From NCBI GenBank assembly GCA_964199315.1, contig OZ116712.1:8556001-8620000 (forward strand): a DNA stretch of 64,000 bases. The letters are read 5' to 3'. Positions 31,901-45,605 of this stretch are shown here, in pieces. The stretch's first letter is position 1; each line of letters opens with the position of its first letter. Under the pieces are notes generated by a model that had not been told where the DNA came from, searched no databases, and worked only from the letters and a program-made list of their open reading frames with translations. The DNA is from Orbicella franksi (lineage: Eukaryota). A program made the position numbers and the translations under genes.

Positions 31901-34863
31901 CAAACCTCTCTAATCTTGTACTGCTTCTATTGAATAGCCTGTGTACATCTGCCCCCTCCTCTCAAAAAAATCGAGTTTTTTTAGGGGAAGGGGTGGATGC
32001 CACCAAATACTTTTCTGATGGTCTGAGGATTTGAGTGTTATAACCTAGGGAAAAAAATAACACAGTGAAATGCTGTACTAGGGAAACAAATTTGAATCAA
32101 GGATTCTGTTGATTTTGGGCAACGAAGTCATTTATTTTGGTAAATTAAATAGAACGATTCCCTCTATATCGTTAGCAAACGGCTACACATTTCGTGTAAA
32201 CCACACAAAAGTCGACGTTTTGAGCTGTCACGCTAGGAGCGTTGCGTGAAGTCGCAAATATTGACATATGAACACATATGGAACATCGACAAAAACATAC
32301 AATTTTTAACTGTATCAAGTCATAAATCACTACAGACTGCTAACTATTGAGATACATAACATTTCTGTAAGGGCTATAAGACTTTTTAGAGAAAATCAGC
32401 GGTGGATAAGACTAGAAAATACCTTGACTGATCCTTCTTCGCTGTAATTCTCCTACTATTGCAATAGATTTGCAGTATATCATCACCAAGCGTTCATTCC
32501 TTAGCAAATAAAATATTTGTCTTTTATATTAAATGCATTTAGTTTTATTTCGAGGCTCGAACAAGCGTCAAACAATCTTACTTGGCCTTTATGAGTTCCT
32601 TTGTTCATTTTGTAGCACGTTGCATATGGCGAGTTTATCTCGTCACTTTCTTGTTTCTTCATTATAGCTGTCCTCGTAATTGTGTCACTCCGAACCAGTT
32701 TTGTCGCTTATTTTTTTCAATATGTGACTCCAAACAAGAAAGAGGTAGTAGCCGATGATTTGACGAAACCGTAGCTAGCCCCATGAAGCATACTATTTAC
32801 ATATTGATGATATTGAAAATGTATGAGGTTGTATGGAATTCAGAACTAAGACTTTCTGCCGATAAATAATGTCCAAATCACGAAATAAAGTTCACGAAAC
32901 TGCATCTGGTGTTGCTGCCTATCGCTACGTTGTGTTTCTAGGTAATTTGAGCAAATTTTCTGTCATGTATTACATAAAAGCGCAGGAAAGACGGCGAGTC
33001 GACACGAGCCTCTAACGTTCGCAAATTGCCCGAAATATAGCACAAAAATAGCTAATGCTGCCATTCTACTTCGTCAGCCTTGTGGGGCAAGAGTTTAACA
33101 ACATCTCCATTCAATAAAATTGCACATACCTTGTTTTTTAACAGAATTAGCAGCGCCATAAAACTCAAATACCGTTTTGAAATTGCCGCCGTGAAGGGGT
33201 GAACACATAAGCGCGGCCAGCATTGGGTATCAGGTTAAAAAAAATCCTTACGGGGAGGGGCATGTCATTTTGGGGACAGAGGAAAGTGGCCTTTGTAGAG
33301 AGGTGGCCGTTATGGGAAGGTAGGGGTGTAGGGGTTTTTTCCTGGGTCTTTAAAAATGCATAGTGTAGCATGTAAATACGTAACACAGTCAACATATATC
33401 AATAAAACAGAAACCAAACAGAAACGATACGAACGGTATGGATCAAGTTTCGTGACCTTTCCCAGTAAAAAATGAGGTTTTGTATACACCGTTCGTCAGT
33501 TGTTGATTGCGTGTAACTGGCCGTTGTTGTTTCGGCAGTTGGGACGCGCTTCAGTGGCCGTTGCGCATGCCGTTGTGGAGAGGTGGCCGTTAGTGGAGGT
33601 TCGATTGTAATTTGCTACACCTGCCAAACCGGCCGTGTTTGCAGATTGAGGAATGCCTTCTTTTTTGTTTTCTTTTTTCTTTTCCCTATTTTTTGTTTGG
33701 ATTTTTTTCTTTTTATAGCCTCTTAGAAAGCATCGCGCAGAGCTTTATCTAGATTCTGCGGAGGGGACACACATTTAGTAATATAAAAAAAAGAAAATAC
33801 AGAAAGAACCGTGTATACAAATAGGTCACGCTAGTGTCACGGCATGTGTGAGGTCCTGTCAATTTGTCCGAACAGTTCTTAGCCACGTCACAGACCATCC
33901 ACATCGCACTGTTTTTCCCAAGAAAATTGCTGAAAATATAAACCATTTATCCCGGACATAATTTCTGTCTAGCCTACCCATGTTAAAACAGCCGGTATCC
34001 TTACGAAGGTTAAAATTGGCTGGTTCAAAAAAGTCTTTTTATTCTCTTCAACTTCTTTTCGTTTAAAAGGGGCTGTGCGATACACGGCGTGACACTCGCC
34101 ACGCGATCAGTGGTATAATGGGCGTTTTTTAACCTTTTTCTTGGACACATGATTAGAAAAAAATAAAATAAAAACGGCGACCTAACATATATCCACGCTC
34201 GCGTATCGTGCTTGGCGCTACGCCCTTCCAAACCACCTGTTCCGTAGGCTACTTTATAGAAACACCACCCGGAGAACTCTCTGTCGTTTATACTTTGTCT
34301 TCATTGTTGGAACTTAACGAATTCTAAATTCTAAACTCACGCCTTTTGCCATTAATAGCATGTGTTTTTGTTCAGAGGCGTGATTTTATTTCATTTCATA
34401 ATTTTAGCCAATCGTGGCCCAAAACGTGCTCGCGCGTTCGCTTGAACTTTGATGTCGTAAATTTCCAGATTTTCTTCTTTGTTGTAATTTTTTTTGGTCG
34501 TGTGAAGGTTTTTGGCCACCCTCTTCGCAGTTTTTAGCCATTGTAATTTGTGTTTCGGTAGGCGCATTAAATAGTTCACTCGTTTCGTTGGAGTCTAAGC
34601 CTACAACTCGCTGAAACAATTTCTCGTGTGTACACTGAGAAAATTCAAGTGACTCGCGAGATATTCCACGGCATACCACTTTAAAGCGCTACATAACTAG
34701 TATTTATCATGCCGAAGTTAGCAAATATGTCAAGTTTCACAAGAATCTGTTGCAAGGTCATGGAAATATGGGACCCCCAAACTTGTTAATTTTCACCTGA
34801 AAGAAATGTATGCCAGAGGGCAAGTGCTTGCCTCCTTGTATACATTTCTTTGTAAAAATTGGC

Positions 34864-34909
<46 letters not shown>

Positions 34910-34916
34910 GTAATAA
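34864..34916. repeat. (AAT)n microsatellite
   Basis: Seen directly. Confidence 0.92.
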
Positions 34917-35133
34917 TTATCAACTTTATTTATTGAGGGTTGCACACAACAGTAATCACTGGCAAGTAAGTAGAAGTAAAGAAATAAGAAATACGAGCCC
35001 TTTTCGGCAAACATTACAAGTGAGATCAGGAAGGCACGCGCGCATACACGCTTGCAAGCAAACACCCACGCACACACGAATTTAAATCTAAAAAGACAAG
35101 AAACATATCAATTTGTCAGTTCCAGGACACTGA

Positions 35134-35139
35134 TTTATT
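35134..35139 (-). terminator. Candidate polyadenylation signal of gene A (AATAAA)
   Basis: AATAAA about 125 nt after the stop. The hexamer is common in AT-rich DNA, so this is not proven. Confidence 0.4.
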
Positions 35140-35262
35140 TTGAACATGTATTTCTCCCGTTTCACAAAGCTAGTAATTTTGTTTCCTCTCAGAAGGTAAT
35201 AACTTTAACGCAGTTACTGTCTATTTAACAACCCAGTTTTTCCCCGAAATCTATCTGACTAT

Positions 35263-35666
35263 TTAACGACGTCGTCGACGACCGACACCTTGCTGATTAA
35301 TTTCCACTGTTTGCCCTTTCTCGTTGATTTCTTCCATGCCGCCCTTATCCGGCTCAGAAATACACTTGTACTGTCGACAGCGGCACGACTTGATCTCCAT
35401 GAAGTTGGTAACGCGGGTCTCGCCGTTTTCGCACGTCAGAGTTGCTGTCCTGAGTTGACCCAAAGCCGGCTGGCAACAAGAGCAGAAGGTTTCCACACCA
35501 GTTTCTCCGTAAGTCGCGTTGGAAGAGGAATCACAACTTCCCATGCACCTATTGTGCAGATACTTCAGTTTCGATGTGCAGTTGTCTCTGGTACGGATAT
35601 AATCAAACTTCACCTTTTCTAGCTTGCAAGTACCACTGATGGTGATGTTGTAATCAGGCCCGGGTT
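35263..35666 (-). CDS. Gene A terminal exon: C-terminal cystine-knot (CTCK) domain plus 32-aa tail
   Basis: GTC...DNC...NRCMGSC...FCSCCQP...LTC...KSCRC...YKC, 11 Cys as in vWF/mucin CK domains; poly-T acceptor; stop TAA at 35265-35263. Confidence 0.92.
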
Positions 35667-37184
35667 CTGGAAAAAAAAAAAAAAAAGAATTAAATATGGT
35701 TTTAGACAACTTCGGAAAAAATGGGCCTGGGCTGGCCATTCCCACAAACACTTGTCAATTAACCACCATACCTTCCCTCCCGCACTGAGACCTTATAACT
35801 AAAAATGCGGTTTACTATGTCAATTTCGATATGTTAAAATTCTAACTTAGCGCCGAAGCTTAGGGGAATAAAACAAAAGAACTCCTTTATTCATCCCTTA
35901 ATTTCCATGTGATTTCTTTTGTGTTATTCCTCTAAAACTCAGCGCTAAGTTAGAATTTTAATATATCGAAATTGGCCTATTCTTATTAAGAATATTCCGT
36001 TAAAAATATTGAATCTTCTTACACTCGTTCGAAGCTGCATTTCTTACTTACCACATGGAGGACAACATTCTTTGTCATTGGCAGGAGGACGGATATAACC
36101 CTGCGATAAAATTATGAAACGATGTAAGAAGCAATTTATCTAATTCAGTAAAACACAATAGCATCGGGATATAATGCCTGAACTAATAAATGTTATGTTG
36201 GCATAGGAATTCAGCGACTGACTGTAAATAGTGTATGAACACAGACCGCATGGTATTTGAAAGACAGTGAATCTGAAATAATTTAAAAACAAAACAAAGC
36301 GAAGAACACCATAAGCTCATACACAGGTTTTGATAATTCTCAATATTTGAGCTCTTATTCCACGTAATCAGCCACCGAGAAACATTACTTCGCTGTATTA
36401 CGGTTGTCCTAGAAAGCAAATATCACATCGTCAGACTTCGGACAATCCCAAGCCAGCAAGGACCGAGATTCTACTAAGTTGCATCAAAATCACCTTAAAA
36501 AACATCACTTCTGGACGTACATGCAGCAGCCAATATTTAGGACTTTTCGAAAACGACGTTTCAACTCCTTTACCTCATTATGAGCTAAAGGGGTCAGAAA
36601 TTGTACGAACAGGTCGCCACAAGTCTATAGCAACTAACTGCGTGCAACTCAATTTTTTGTACAATACTGCTACATATGCTAAAATCACTCATGAAAATTT
36701 TGCATGGTAGGATATCTACTACATGTATGAAGGCCTTTGGTGATATTGAAAGGACTTCCGGCCTGTGCTGCAGATGTGAAAACAGATGAAGTACCAGAAA
36801 AAACTGTTATAAAACATACCGCTGGGCATTTATCGCAGAAGATGTGTTCAGTGTAGATCTGTGCACTCTGGTTCAAAGGATAACACGGGTTCACAGACAG
36901 TTCGCACTTCAACCTCTTGCAGCTGCCATCTGTCCAAGAAGAGCCCACCTACAACCAGAATATATAACCAGGACCTTAGAACACAGCTCAATATGGGGCA
37001 AAACAAAGAAAATGTAATCGCTTCCAGGAACTCCACTTGCACAAATCAAAGCACTGTGTAGTCTTTGAAAAATTTACGAGGGCTTATTTATTGCAAATTG
37101 CACCAGAAAAAGCATTTAAGTAATCGCGCGGGTAATTTCCAAATTGTATGAGCGCGAAGCGCGAGGCCGATTTGATATTACGAA

Positions 37185-37220
<36 letters not shown>

Positions 37221-38878
37221 GTTACTAATTAATTATATCTATAACAAGTTTTGAAACTAAAAAAGTCTTTTAAGGACTTCTTTTGAGCGAAAAAGTCAGT
37301 TGCGCTTTCTGCGAGTCAATTCAAAAACTGTAGGAAACATTGAGAGGGAAGACATTAAAGCGCGCGTAAGTAAGGCGCGAATGGCGTGGGTATTCAATTA
37401 CAAGTATCCAATTACGAAAAGCTGTAATTGGATACCCGTAATTTGATACCCCATGGTCATGCGCCGATTACGTGACAAATAGGTACAGGGAAAACCAATC
37501 ACGATCGAGAATTTTGTTTTAGATACCATTAATACGTTATCACTCGTGAAAGTTTGGGAGAACTCGAAAAAGCTGTGGATACACTCGCCTATCCGCTCTT
37601 GTTCCCACAGCATTTTTCGTTCTCCCAAACTTCGTGTTTCTATAACTCGATATAAATACGAAACATGTTTTCTATTTCTTAAATAAAGAGGTTGGGCTTC
37701 CTTTGAGGTAATTAGATGGATGTATGGATGGACTATAGCTCTTGGCTCATGTAACTCACCGCGTGATATTCTGTCTCGTTTTTGCTGTTTATGTACACAC
37801 AAGAAGGACAGAAAGAAGCTGCAGGAATGAAAAAGGTACAATCAGACAGTGTAAAGTTAAAAAAATGCCTACATCGAATGCCTAAATCACTGATAATTTT
37901 TTAAACCATACAAAAAAGCACTCAGTTCTTGTACAGAAATAGAACAGTCATTAACGGGTGGGCCTCAAAGCAGCTATTACGTTTATGATTTGTGAAGCCA
38001 AGGCAAATAAAATAGCGGAACTTTGGTCAAAGATCTGAAACCATCCAAAAATTTGTGTCTTGCTGTGTCTATGTAAAATAAAGGCCACAATTATTCTAAA
38101 TGGCCGAGGAAAGTCAAGAATATTCCACTCGCCCGCAATCAAATTAACTGTTTAAGCTAGGGCCCTAAGAAGTCCTCCTTCTCTGGTAGTGGGGCTTGGA
38201 AACGAGTCTTGTAAACAGCACTGAGGACACGGCAAACTAGCCAAATACCTTAACAGAGTACATGAGAATTCTTAAAGAACAGTCAGTGAAGACTCACTGG
38301 TACGATCTTTATAAAAGTGCGGTAACCTGATTTCATCGCTGGCTTCTTGATACCATAGTCAATAGTAAAAGAGTAAATTTGGAACAAGTAGGACCCATAT
38401 TTGCCCTGATTTTGCGTTCCCTCTTTATGCATATTAAAAGCAACCAATCAATACTTACAAATACTCGAGGATATCGAAATAGTGGACGACAGAGTAGGAG
38501 TGATGGTGCTGAACACACTCACTGAGGAAGAATACGAGGAAGAGATACTTGAAGACGTGGACACTGTTGGGGTGCCTGTGGTTACCAAACTGCTCGAGCT
38601 GAAAAGGGAATCAAACATTTCTTACAACTTTCAATCGGTCAAGTCTGCGTTCGAGCCCAGCGGCCCACCACGCTAGCACTTCTCTCCGGTTTCCTTGGCA
38701 TGAAGTGACTAGGAGTCTTTCTACTCCCCCCTGAATGAGATGCCAACCCATCGCAGGGTTACCCGAACCATCAAATACACCCCAATCTATTTATACACCT
38801 CGCCCCAGTTGTTTGAAGGCCATCGGAAAAATCGCTATCCAGTGGATAACTCTTAACAAAACAACGCAGGCTAGCCGC

Positions 38879-38915
<37 letters not shown>

Positions 38916-41900
38916 TTTCCCACAAACCAGGCCTGGGCAGAGAGATGCATTGCGAGAGTTACGTCTCTTGCGGAAAATAAATCCTGACAAGGAAGGCAAC
39001 AAAACAAAAGTTAAACCGTAGCATATAACTTACTTCACCCCCGTGACAAACCATTCGAAATTAAACGATAAGTTCTGTCAATATTTTTCGCCACGCATTT
39101 CGTAATCTTAAACATTAAACAGAAATATTATTAAATATTAAACAGAGAAAGCAGTGGTTAATTTCATTTAGGAAAACCGAGACAAGAGTTTGAAACACAA
39201 CTGGCAAGGTCTCTGGAATTCCGATGAAACACTTTCTCGAGTGTTAACTCGAGAAAGTGTTTGACCTCAACACATCTTTAACCTCATCTCCCACATTAAA
39301 ACAAAATGTAATAAGTGATAGTTGTGATTATCTTCATCTCAATTTGACGAATTATTCACAAGTTTGAGAAAAACAATTCATACCGTGATCTGCTGGTCGA
39401 AGTAGACGTTGATACTGTTGTAGAAACGGATGTTGATACACTTGTTGTAGTAGATGTTGACCCACTTGAACTTACAGAAGTGGACGTTGAGGTACTGGTG
39501 CTGGCACTTGAATATGTCGAGTAAACAGTTGTTGTTGGAGTACTGACACTTGATGAGGTTGATGTGGAAACACTGGTTGAGGTACTTGTGCTGATTGACG
39601 TTGATACACTTGAACTCAACGAAGTAGATGTTGAGGTACTTGTGCTTGCACTTGAATATGTCGAGTAAACAGTTGTTGTTGGAGTACTGACAATTGTGGA
39701 GGTTGACGTTGATGTAGAAACACTGGTTGAGACACTACTGCTGAGTGATGTTGACACACTTGTTGTGGTAGATGTCGAAACACTTGAACTCAATGAAGTC
39801 GTTGTTGAAATACTTGTACTGGCACTTGAATATGTCGAGTAAACCGTTGTTGTTGGAGTACTCACACTCGTTGAGGTTGATGTGGACACACTGGTTGAGA
39901 TACTTGTGCTGATTGACGTTGATGCACTTGAACTCAACGAAGTAGATGTTGAAGTACTTGTGCTTGCACTTGAATATGTCGAGTAAACCGTTGTTGGTGG
40001 AGTACTGACCCTTATTGAGGTTGATGTGGAGACACTGCTTGACACACTTGTGGTTTTTGATGTCGATGTGCTTGTTGACGCACTTGTGCTCAACGAAGTA
40101 GATGTGGAGGTACTTGTGCTTGCACTTGAATATGTCGAGTAAACAGTTGTTGTTGGAGTACTGACACTCGATGAGGTTGATGTGGAAACACTGGTTGAGG
40201 TACTTGTGCTGATTGACGTTGATACACTTGAACTCAACGAAGTAGATGTTGAAGTACTTGTGCTTGCACTTGAATATGTCGAGTAAACCGTTGTTGGTGG
40301 AGTACTGACCCTTATTGAGGTTGATGTGGAGACACTGCTTGACACACTTGTGGTTTTTGATGTCGATGTGCTTGTTGACGCACTTGTGCTCAACGAAGTA
40401 GATGTGGAGGTACTTGTGCTTGCACTTGAATATGTCGAGTAAACAGTTGTTGTTGGAGTACTGACACTCGATGAGGTTGATGTGGAAACACTGGTTGAGG
40501 TACTTGTGCTGATTGACGTTGATACACTTGAACTCAACGAAGTAGATGTTGAGGTACTTGTGCTTGCACTTGAATATGTCGAGTAAACAGTTGTTGTTGG
40601 AGTACTGACACTTGTGGAGGTTGACGTTGATGTAGAAACACTGGTTGAGACACTACTGCTGAGTGATGTTGACACACTTGTTGTGGTAGATGTCGAAACA
40701 CTTGAACTCAATGAAGTCGTTGTTGAAATACTTGTACTGGCACTTGAATATGTCGAGTAAACCGTTGTTGTTGGAGTACTCACACTCGTTGAGGTTGATG
40801 TGGACACACTGGTTGAGATACTTGTGCTGATTGACGTTGATGCACTTGAACTCAACGAAGTAGATGTTGAAGTACTTGTGCTTGCACTTGAATATGTCGA
40901 GTAAACCGTTGTTGGTGGAGTACTGACCCTTATTGAGGTTGATGTGGAGACACTGCTTGACACACTTGTGGTTTTTGATGTCGATGTGCTTGTTGACGCA
41001 CTTGTGCTCAACGAAGTAGATGTGGAGGTACTTGTGCTTGCACTTGAATATGTCGAGTAAACAGTTGTTGTTGGAGTACTGACACTTGTGGAGGTTGACG
41101 TTGATGTAGAAACACTGGTTGAGACACTACTGCTGAGTGATGTTGACACACTTGTTGTGGTAGATGTCGAAACACTTGAACTCAATGAAGTCGTTGTTGA
41201 AATACTTGTACTGGCACTTGAATATGTCGAGTAAACCGTTGTTGTTGGAGTACTCACACTCGTTGAGGTTGATGTGGACACACTGGTTGAGATACTTGTG
41301 CTGATTGACGTTGATGCACTTGAACTCAACGAAGTAGATGTAGAAGTACTTGTGCTTGCACTCGAATATGTCGAGTAAACCGTTGTTGGTGGAGTACTGA
41401 CCCCTATTGAGGTTGATGTGGAGACACTGGTTGAGGTACTTGTGCTGATTGACGTTGATACACTTGAACTCAACGAAGTAGATGTTGAAGTACTTGTGCT
41501 TGCACTTGAATATGTCGAGTAAACCGTTGTTGGTGGAGTACTGACCCTTATTGAGGTTGATGTGGAGACACTGCTTGACACACTTGTGGTTTTTGATGTC
41601 GATGTGCTTGTTGACGCACTTGTGCTCAACGAAGTAGATGTGGAGGTACTTGTGCTTGCACTTGAATATGTCGAGTAAACAGTTGTTGTTGGAGTACTGA
41701 CACTTGATGAGGTTGATGTGGAAACACTGGTTGAGGTACTTGTGCTGATTGACGTTGATACACTTGAACTCAACGAAGTGGATGCGGAGGTACTTGTGCT
41801 TGCACTTGAATATGTCGAGTAAACAGTTGTTGTTGGAGTACTGACACTTGTGGAGGTTGACGTTGATGTAGAAACACTGGTTGAGACACTACTGCTGAGT

Positions 41901-44900
41901 GATGTTGACACACTTGTTGTGGTAGATGTCGAAACACTTGAACTCAATGAAGTCGTTGTTGAAATACTTGTACTGGCACTTGAATATGTCGAGTAAACTG
42001 TTGTTGTTGGAGTACTGACACTTGACGAGGTTGATGTGGAAACACTGGTTGAGGTACTTGTGCTGATTGACGTTGATACACTTGAACTCAACGATGTGGA
42101 TGTTGAAGTACTTGTGCTGGCACTTGAATATGTCGAGTACACTGTTGTTGTAGGAGTACTCACACTGGCAGAGGTTGATGTAGATACACTGCTTGAAATA
42201 CTCGTGGTCTTTGATGTTGATATGCTTGTTGACACACTTGAGCTCAACGAAGTTGATGTTGAAGTACTTGTGCTGGCACTTGAATATGTGGAATAAACGG
42301 TTGTTGTTGGAGTACTGACACTTGTTGAGGTTGAAGTTGACGTGGAGACACTGCTTGACACACTAGTGCTGACTGATGTTGATACGCTTGATGTAGTTGA
42401 TGTCGACACACTTGAACTCAATGAAGTCGTTGTTGAAATACTTGTACTTGCACTTGAGTATGTCGAGTAAATTGTAGTTGTTGGAGTACTAACACTTGTT
42501 GAAGTTGATGTGGACACGCTGCTCGACACACTCGTACTAACAGATGTTGAAACACTTGTCGAAGTAGATGTTGACACACTTGAACTCAGAGAAGAGGATG
42601 TTGAGGTACTTGTGGTGGCAGTTGAATATGTCGAGTAAACAGTTGTTGTTGGAGTACTCACGCTTGCGGAAGTCGAGGTGGACACGCTGCTTGACACACT
42701 TGTGGTTACTGATGTTGACGTACTTGTTGACACACTTGAGCTAAGCGAAGTGGAAGTCGAGGTACTAGTGCTCGCACTTGAATATGTCGAGGAGACCGTT
42801 GTTGTTGGAGTACTGACACGTTTCGTGGTTGAGGCTGATGTGGACACACTGCTTGACACACTAGTGCTAACTGATGTTGATACACTTGTCGTAGTAGAAG
42901 TGGACACACTTGAACTTAGTGAGGTCGTTGTAGAAACGCTTGTGCTTGCACTTGAATATGTCGAGTAAACTGTTGTTGTTGGAGTACTCACACTCTTTGA
43001 GATTGATGTGGATACACTGGTTGAAGTACTTGTGCTAACTGATGTTGATGGGCTGGAACTTAACGAAGTGGATGTCGAAGTACTTGTGCTTGTACTTGTC
43101 GAGGTAGGTGTGGACACACTGTGATAAGAGAAAATGTTTACATGATAGCGGATTTCAACCGACTTAATTGCTAATATTTAGTCGTGGAGCATGGAAACTT
43201 CAATCCGTTTCATTCACTGAATTTGACTCTACAACTGTTTGTTTGTTTTTAATTTTACACTATGCAGTGGTACGTGCTTAGGGTAGCAAATTTGAGAATA
43301 GCTTCTGTCAAAATATTTGGTATTGAATTACTTTAAACTTCAGTTGAAAGTGATTTTCCGTATTTTGCTACCTGAAGTTTAGATTTTTCTTGAACTTACA
43401 TACGGTGTACAGCTGAATGAGAAAATGAATCATGGTGGGTGTCATGACTTATAAACAGTGAAATTTGAAAAGCTTGAACAACAACACTAAATTTACTGTA
43501 GCGTAGTTTGGTGGAATTCATGTTCTGCAAATTCATCTCTTACCTCGTGGAAACTGACGTGGATACACTTGTTGTTGTTGACGTTGACACACTTGAGCTA
43601 TGCGAAAATAACAATTAACATAGAATTAAATCATTGGTATTGGTATTATGCAATAATAACAACGAGGCCTTGTAGTATCACTAACTGTAATACAATAAGT
43701 TTCGTTTGTATGGACCATAAGTGGGTGAACTTGGGAAAAGTTACCGTCAGTCAGTCGGTTAGTCGGTCAGTTGGTCAGGTCAGTCGGTCAGAAAGAAAGA
43801 GAAAGTTACTAATCAACAAATGTTCGCATCTCCTCTCTTTTAGATTCCCCCAAAATGGCAATTATCACCCTTCCTCCCAAAAATGTTCCCCCCTTCTTCT
43901 CCATTACAATACTTGGTCTATATTCAAGAAAGTACGGTGCAAAAGATTTCCTTAAAAGGATGGCCATTATTAAGAGGGAACAGTACGATATGAGAAAGGA
44001 ATCCAACCAATACAAATGCTACAAAATCTGCTTGACATGTTGAGACTTGAAATGACCCCTACCCTCCTCCTCCGCCCCTCCACCTCCCTCTCTTTGTTTT
44101 TACATTCCGGCTCCCCCTCTATCAAGTCTCTTTCTGCTCTTATGCATGGTATCTCGGAATTGGGATGCACTCTTTTGTTCATGACATGAGTCACAGAACA
44201 CGTTCTTGCTTCAACTTCTTTGGGCTTCTCGAACTCTTGACCAGCCCTTCACTAACAGAAAAATCTAATAACCTGTAAGATGAAACAGTTGGTTTGGACG
44301 TTCGTGCCGGCGGCTTCAAACTTGGCGGTATTCTACTTGTTGTAGGAATGGAGAATTGTGTCCCTGTAGTTGTCACCACGGTAGACGGGAACACGGTGGC
44401 TGCGGTCTTCTGAGAAACTGATTTATATGAAGTTGTCTCTGATTCAGAGGATGACGGTGACGGGAACACTGGAGACGACTTTGTTGTTGACGTCACTGTA
44501 AACCCTGATCTTGGTGAAGATTCACTTATCACGCGTGAAGATGGAACTTGAGTGAGGACAGGTCTAAGCGGTTAGAACAAATGAGTTGGCACCTTTACAG
44601 ATCATCTTGATCTTAATGTAACTGTATTCATGGAATATACTAATAAGTCTTCCCCAGTAAAAACTCCAGTGTTAACAACGCCGTACCATTATCATATTAA
44701 AGCTTGAAAATTTAGAGTACTAGTTACTATTAGCATAACCCAGCGGCTGACTATCAGAAACCTCGCAATCTGTTTGGCTAAACGGCTACTTACCATTTAA
44801 CAATTAGATTATGAAGTTGAGATTTCTATGAGGTGATAGTTGACGAGGCCGAAGGCCGAATTAACTATCACCTCATTGAAATCGAAAGGGAATAATCTAA

Positions 44901-45569
44901 TTGTTTTAGTAGAAATCTTACTAAAATTCGTTCAAATAAATATTTCCAATTATTCTCTTCTAGTAAGTATTTAAGTTGACGGGAATTTAATTGTTTGTTT
45001 AGTCTTTTAGTTTTTTATATGCGATCATCAGTTAATTGAAAAAGTATGAGGTTTTAAAGTCGCTTAGCAGTCAATTTCCTTTCTTGAGTATTCTTGGGAA
45101 GTGCATTAGCCGATAACAATTCTAAATTTTTCTCGAAACATCGGAAAACGAGAAAATGCTCCCATCTTGAATAAGAACTCCAGCCACTGCACACTTATGG
45201 CTGATAGTGTACGAGTTGCCCAGCTAATCAAATTGCAGTATTTGCATTACTATAAGAGTAGAATTCTACTAGTAATCAATGGAAAAATCATAGAGCGTGC
45301 GTGGATTTTTGTGTATTATGGCCGAAAAGTACTCAACAAAATCTTGTATAAATAGCTTTAATCGACATTACATGTTTCGACGAACAGCGACTGGGTTAGT
45401 ATTAAAACAATTAATCTTCTAGCTCACGGTGTCTTGGACACCACCACCATCATCATCCTTGCCCCCTCGCCTTCCTCCTCCTCCTCCTCCTCCTCATCAT
45501 CATCATCATCATCATCATCATCACTATCACCAACTCAATCATCGTCATCATCATCATTATCACCATCTC

Positions 45570-45605
<36 letters not shown>

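Noticed and set aside
34793-35085. Poly-Asn and poly-Tyr ORFs
   Set aside because: Translations of the (AAT)n microsatellite.
22947-35263. Genes A and B as one continuous giant gene
   Set aside because: Gene A has a terminal CK exon with a stop and AATAAA, and gene B begins with its own Met and signal peptide.
38298-38327. Candidate extra exon of gene A (strong GTGAGT donor)
   Set aside because: Purine-rich acceptor, and the exon at 37818-37760 gives a much better VWC start with the correct phases.
39384-43118. CRISPR-like array of repeats with variable spacers
   Set aside because: The units are in-frame coding repeats with homologous 'spacers' in a eukaryotic gene, and no cas genes are present.
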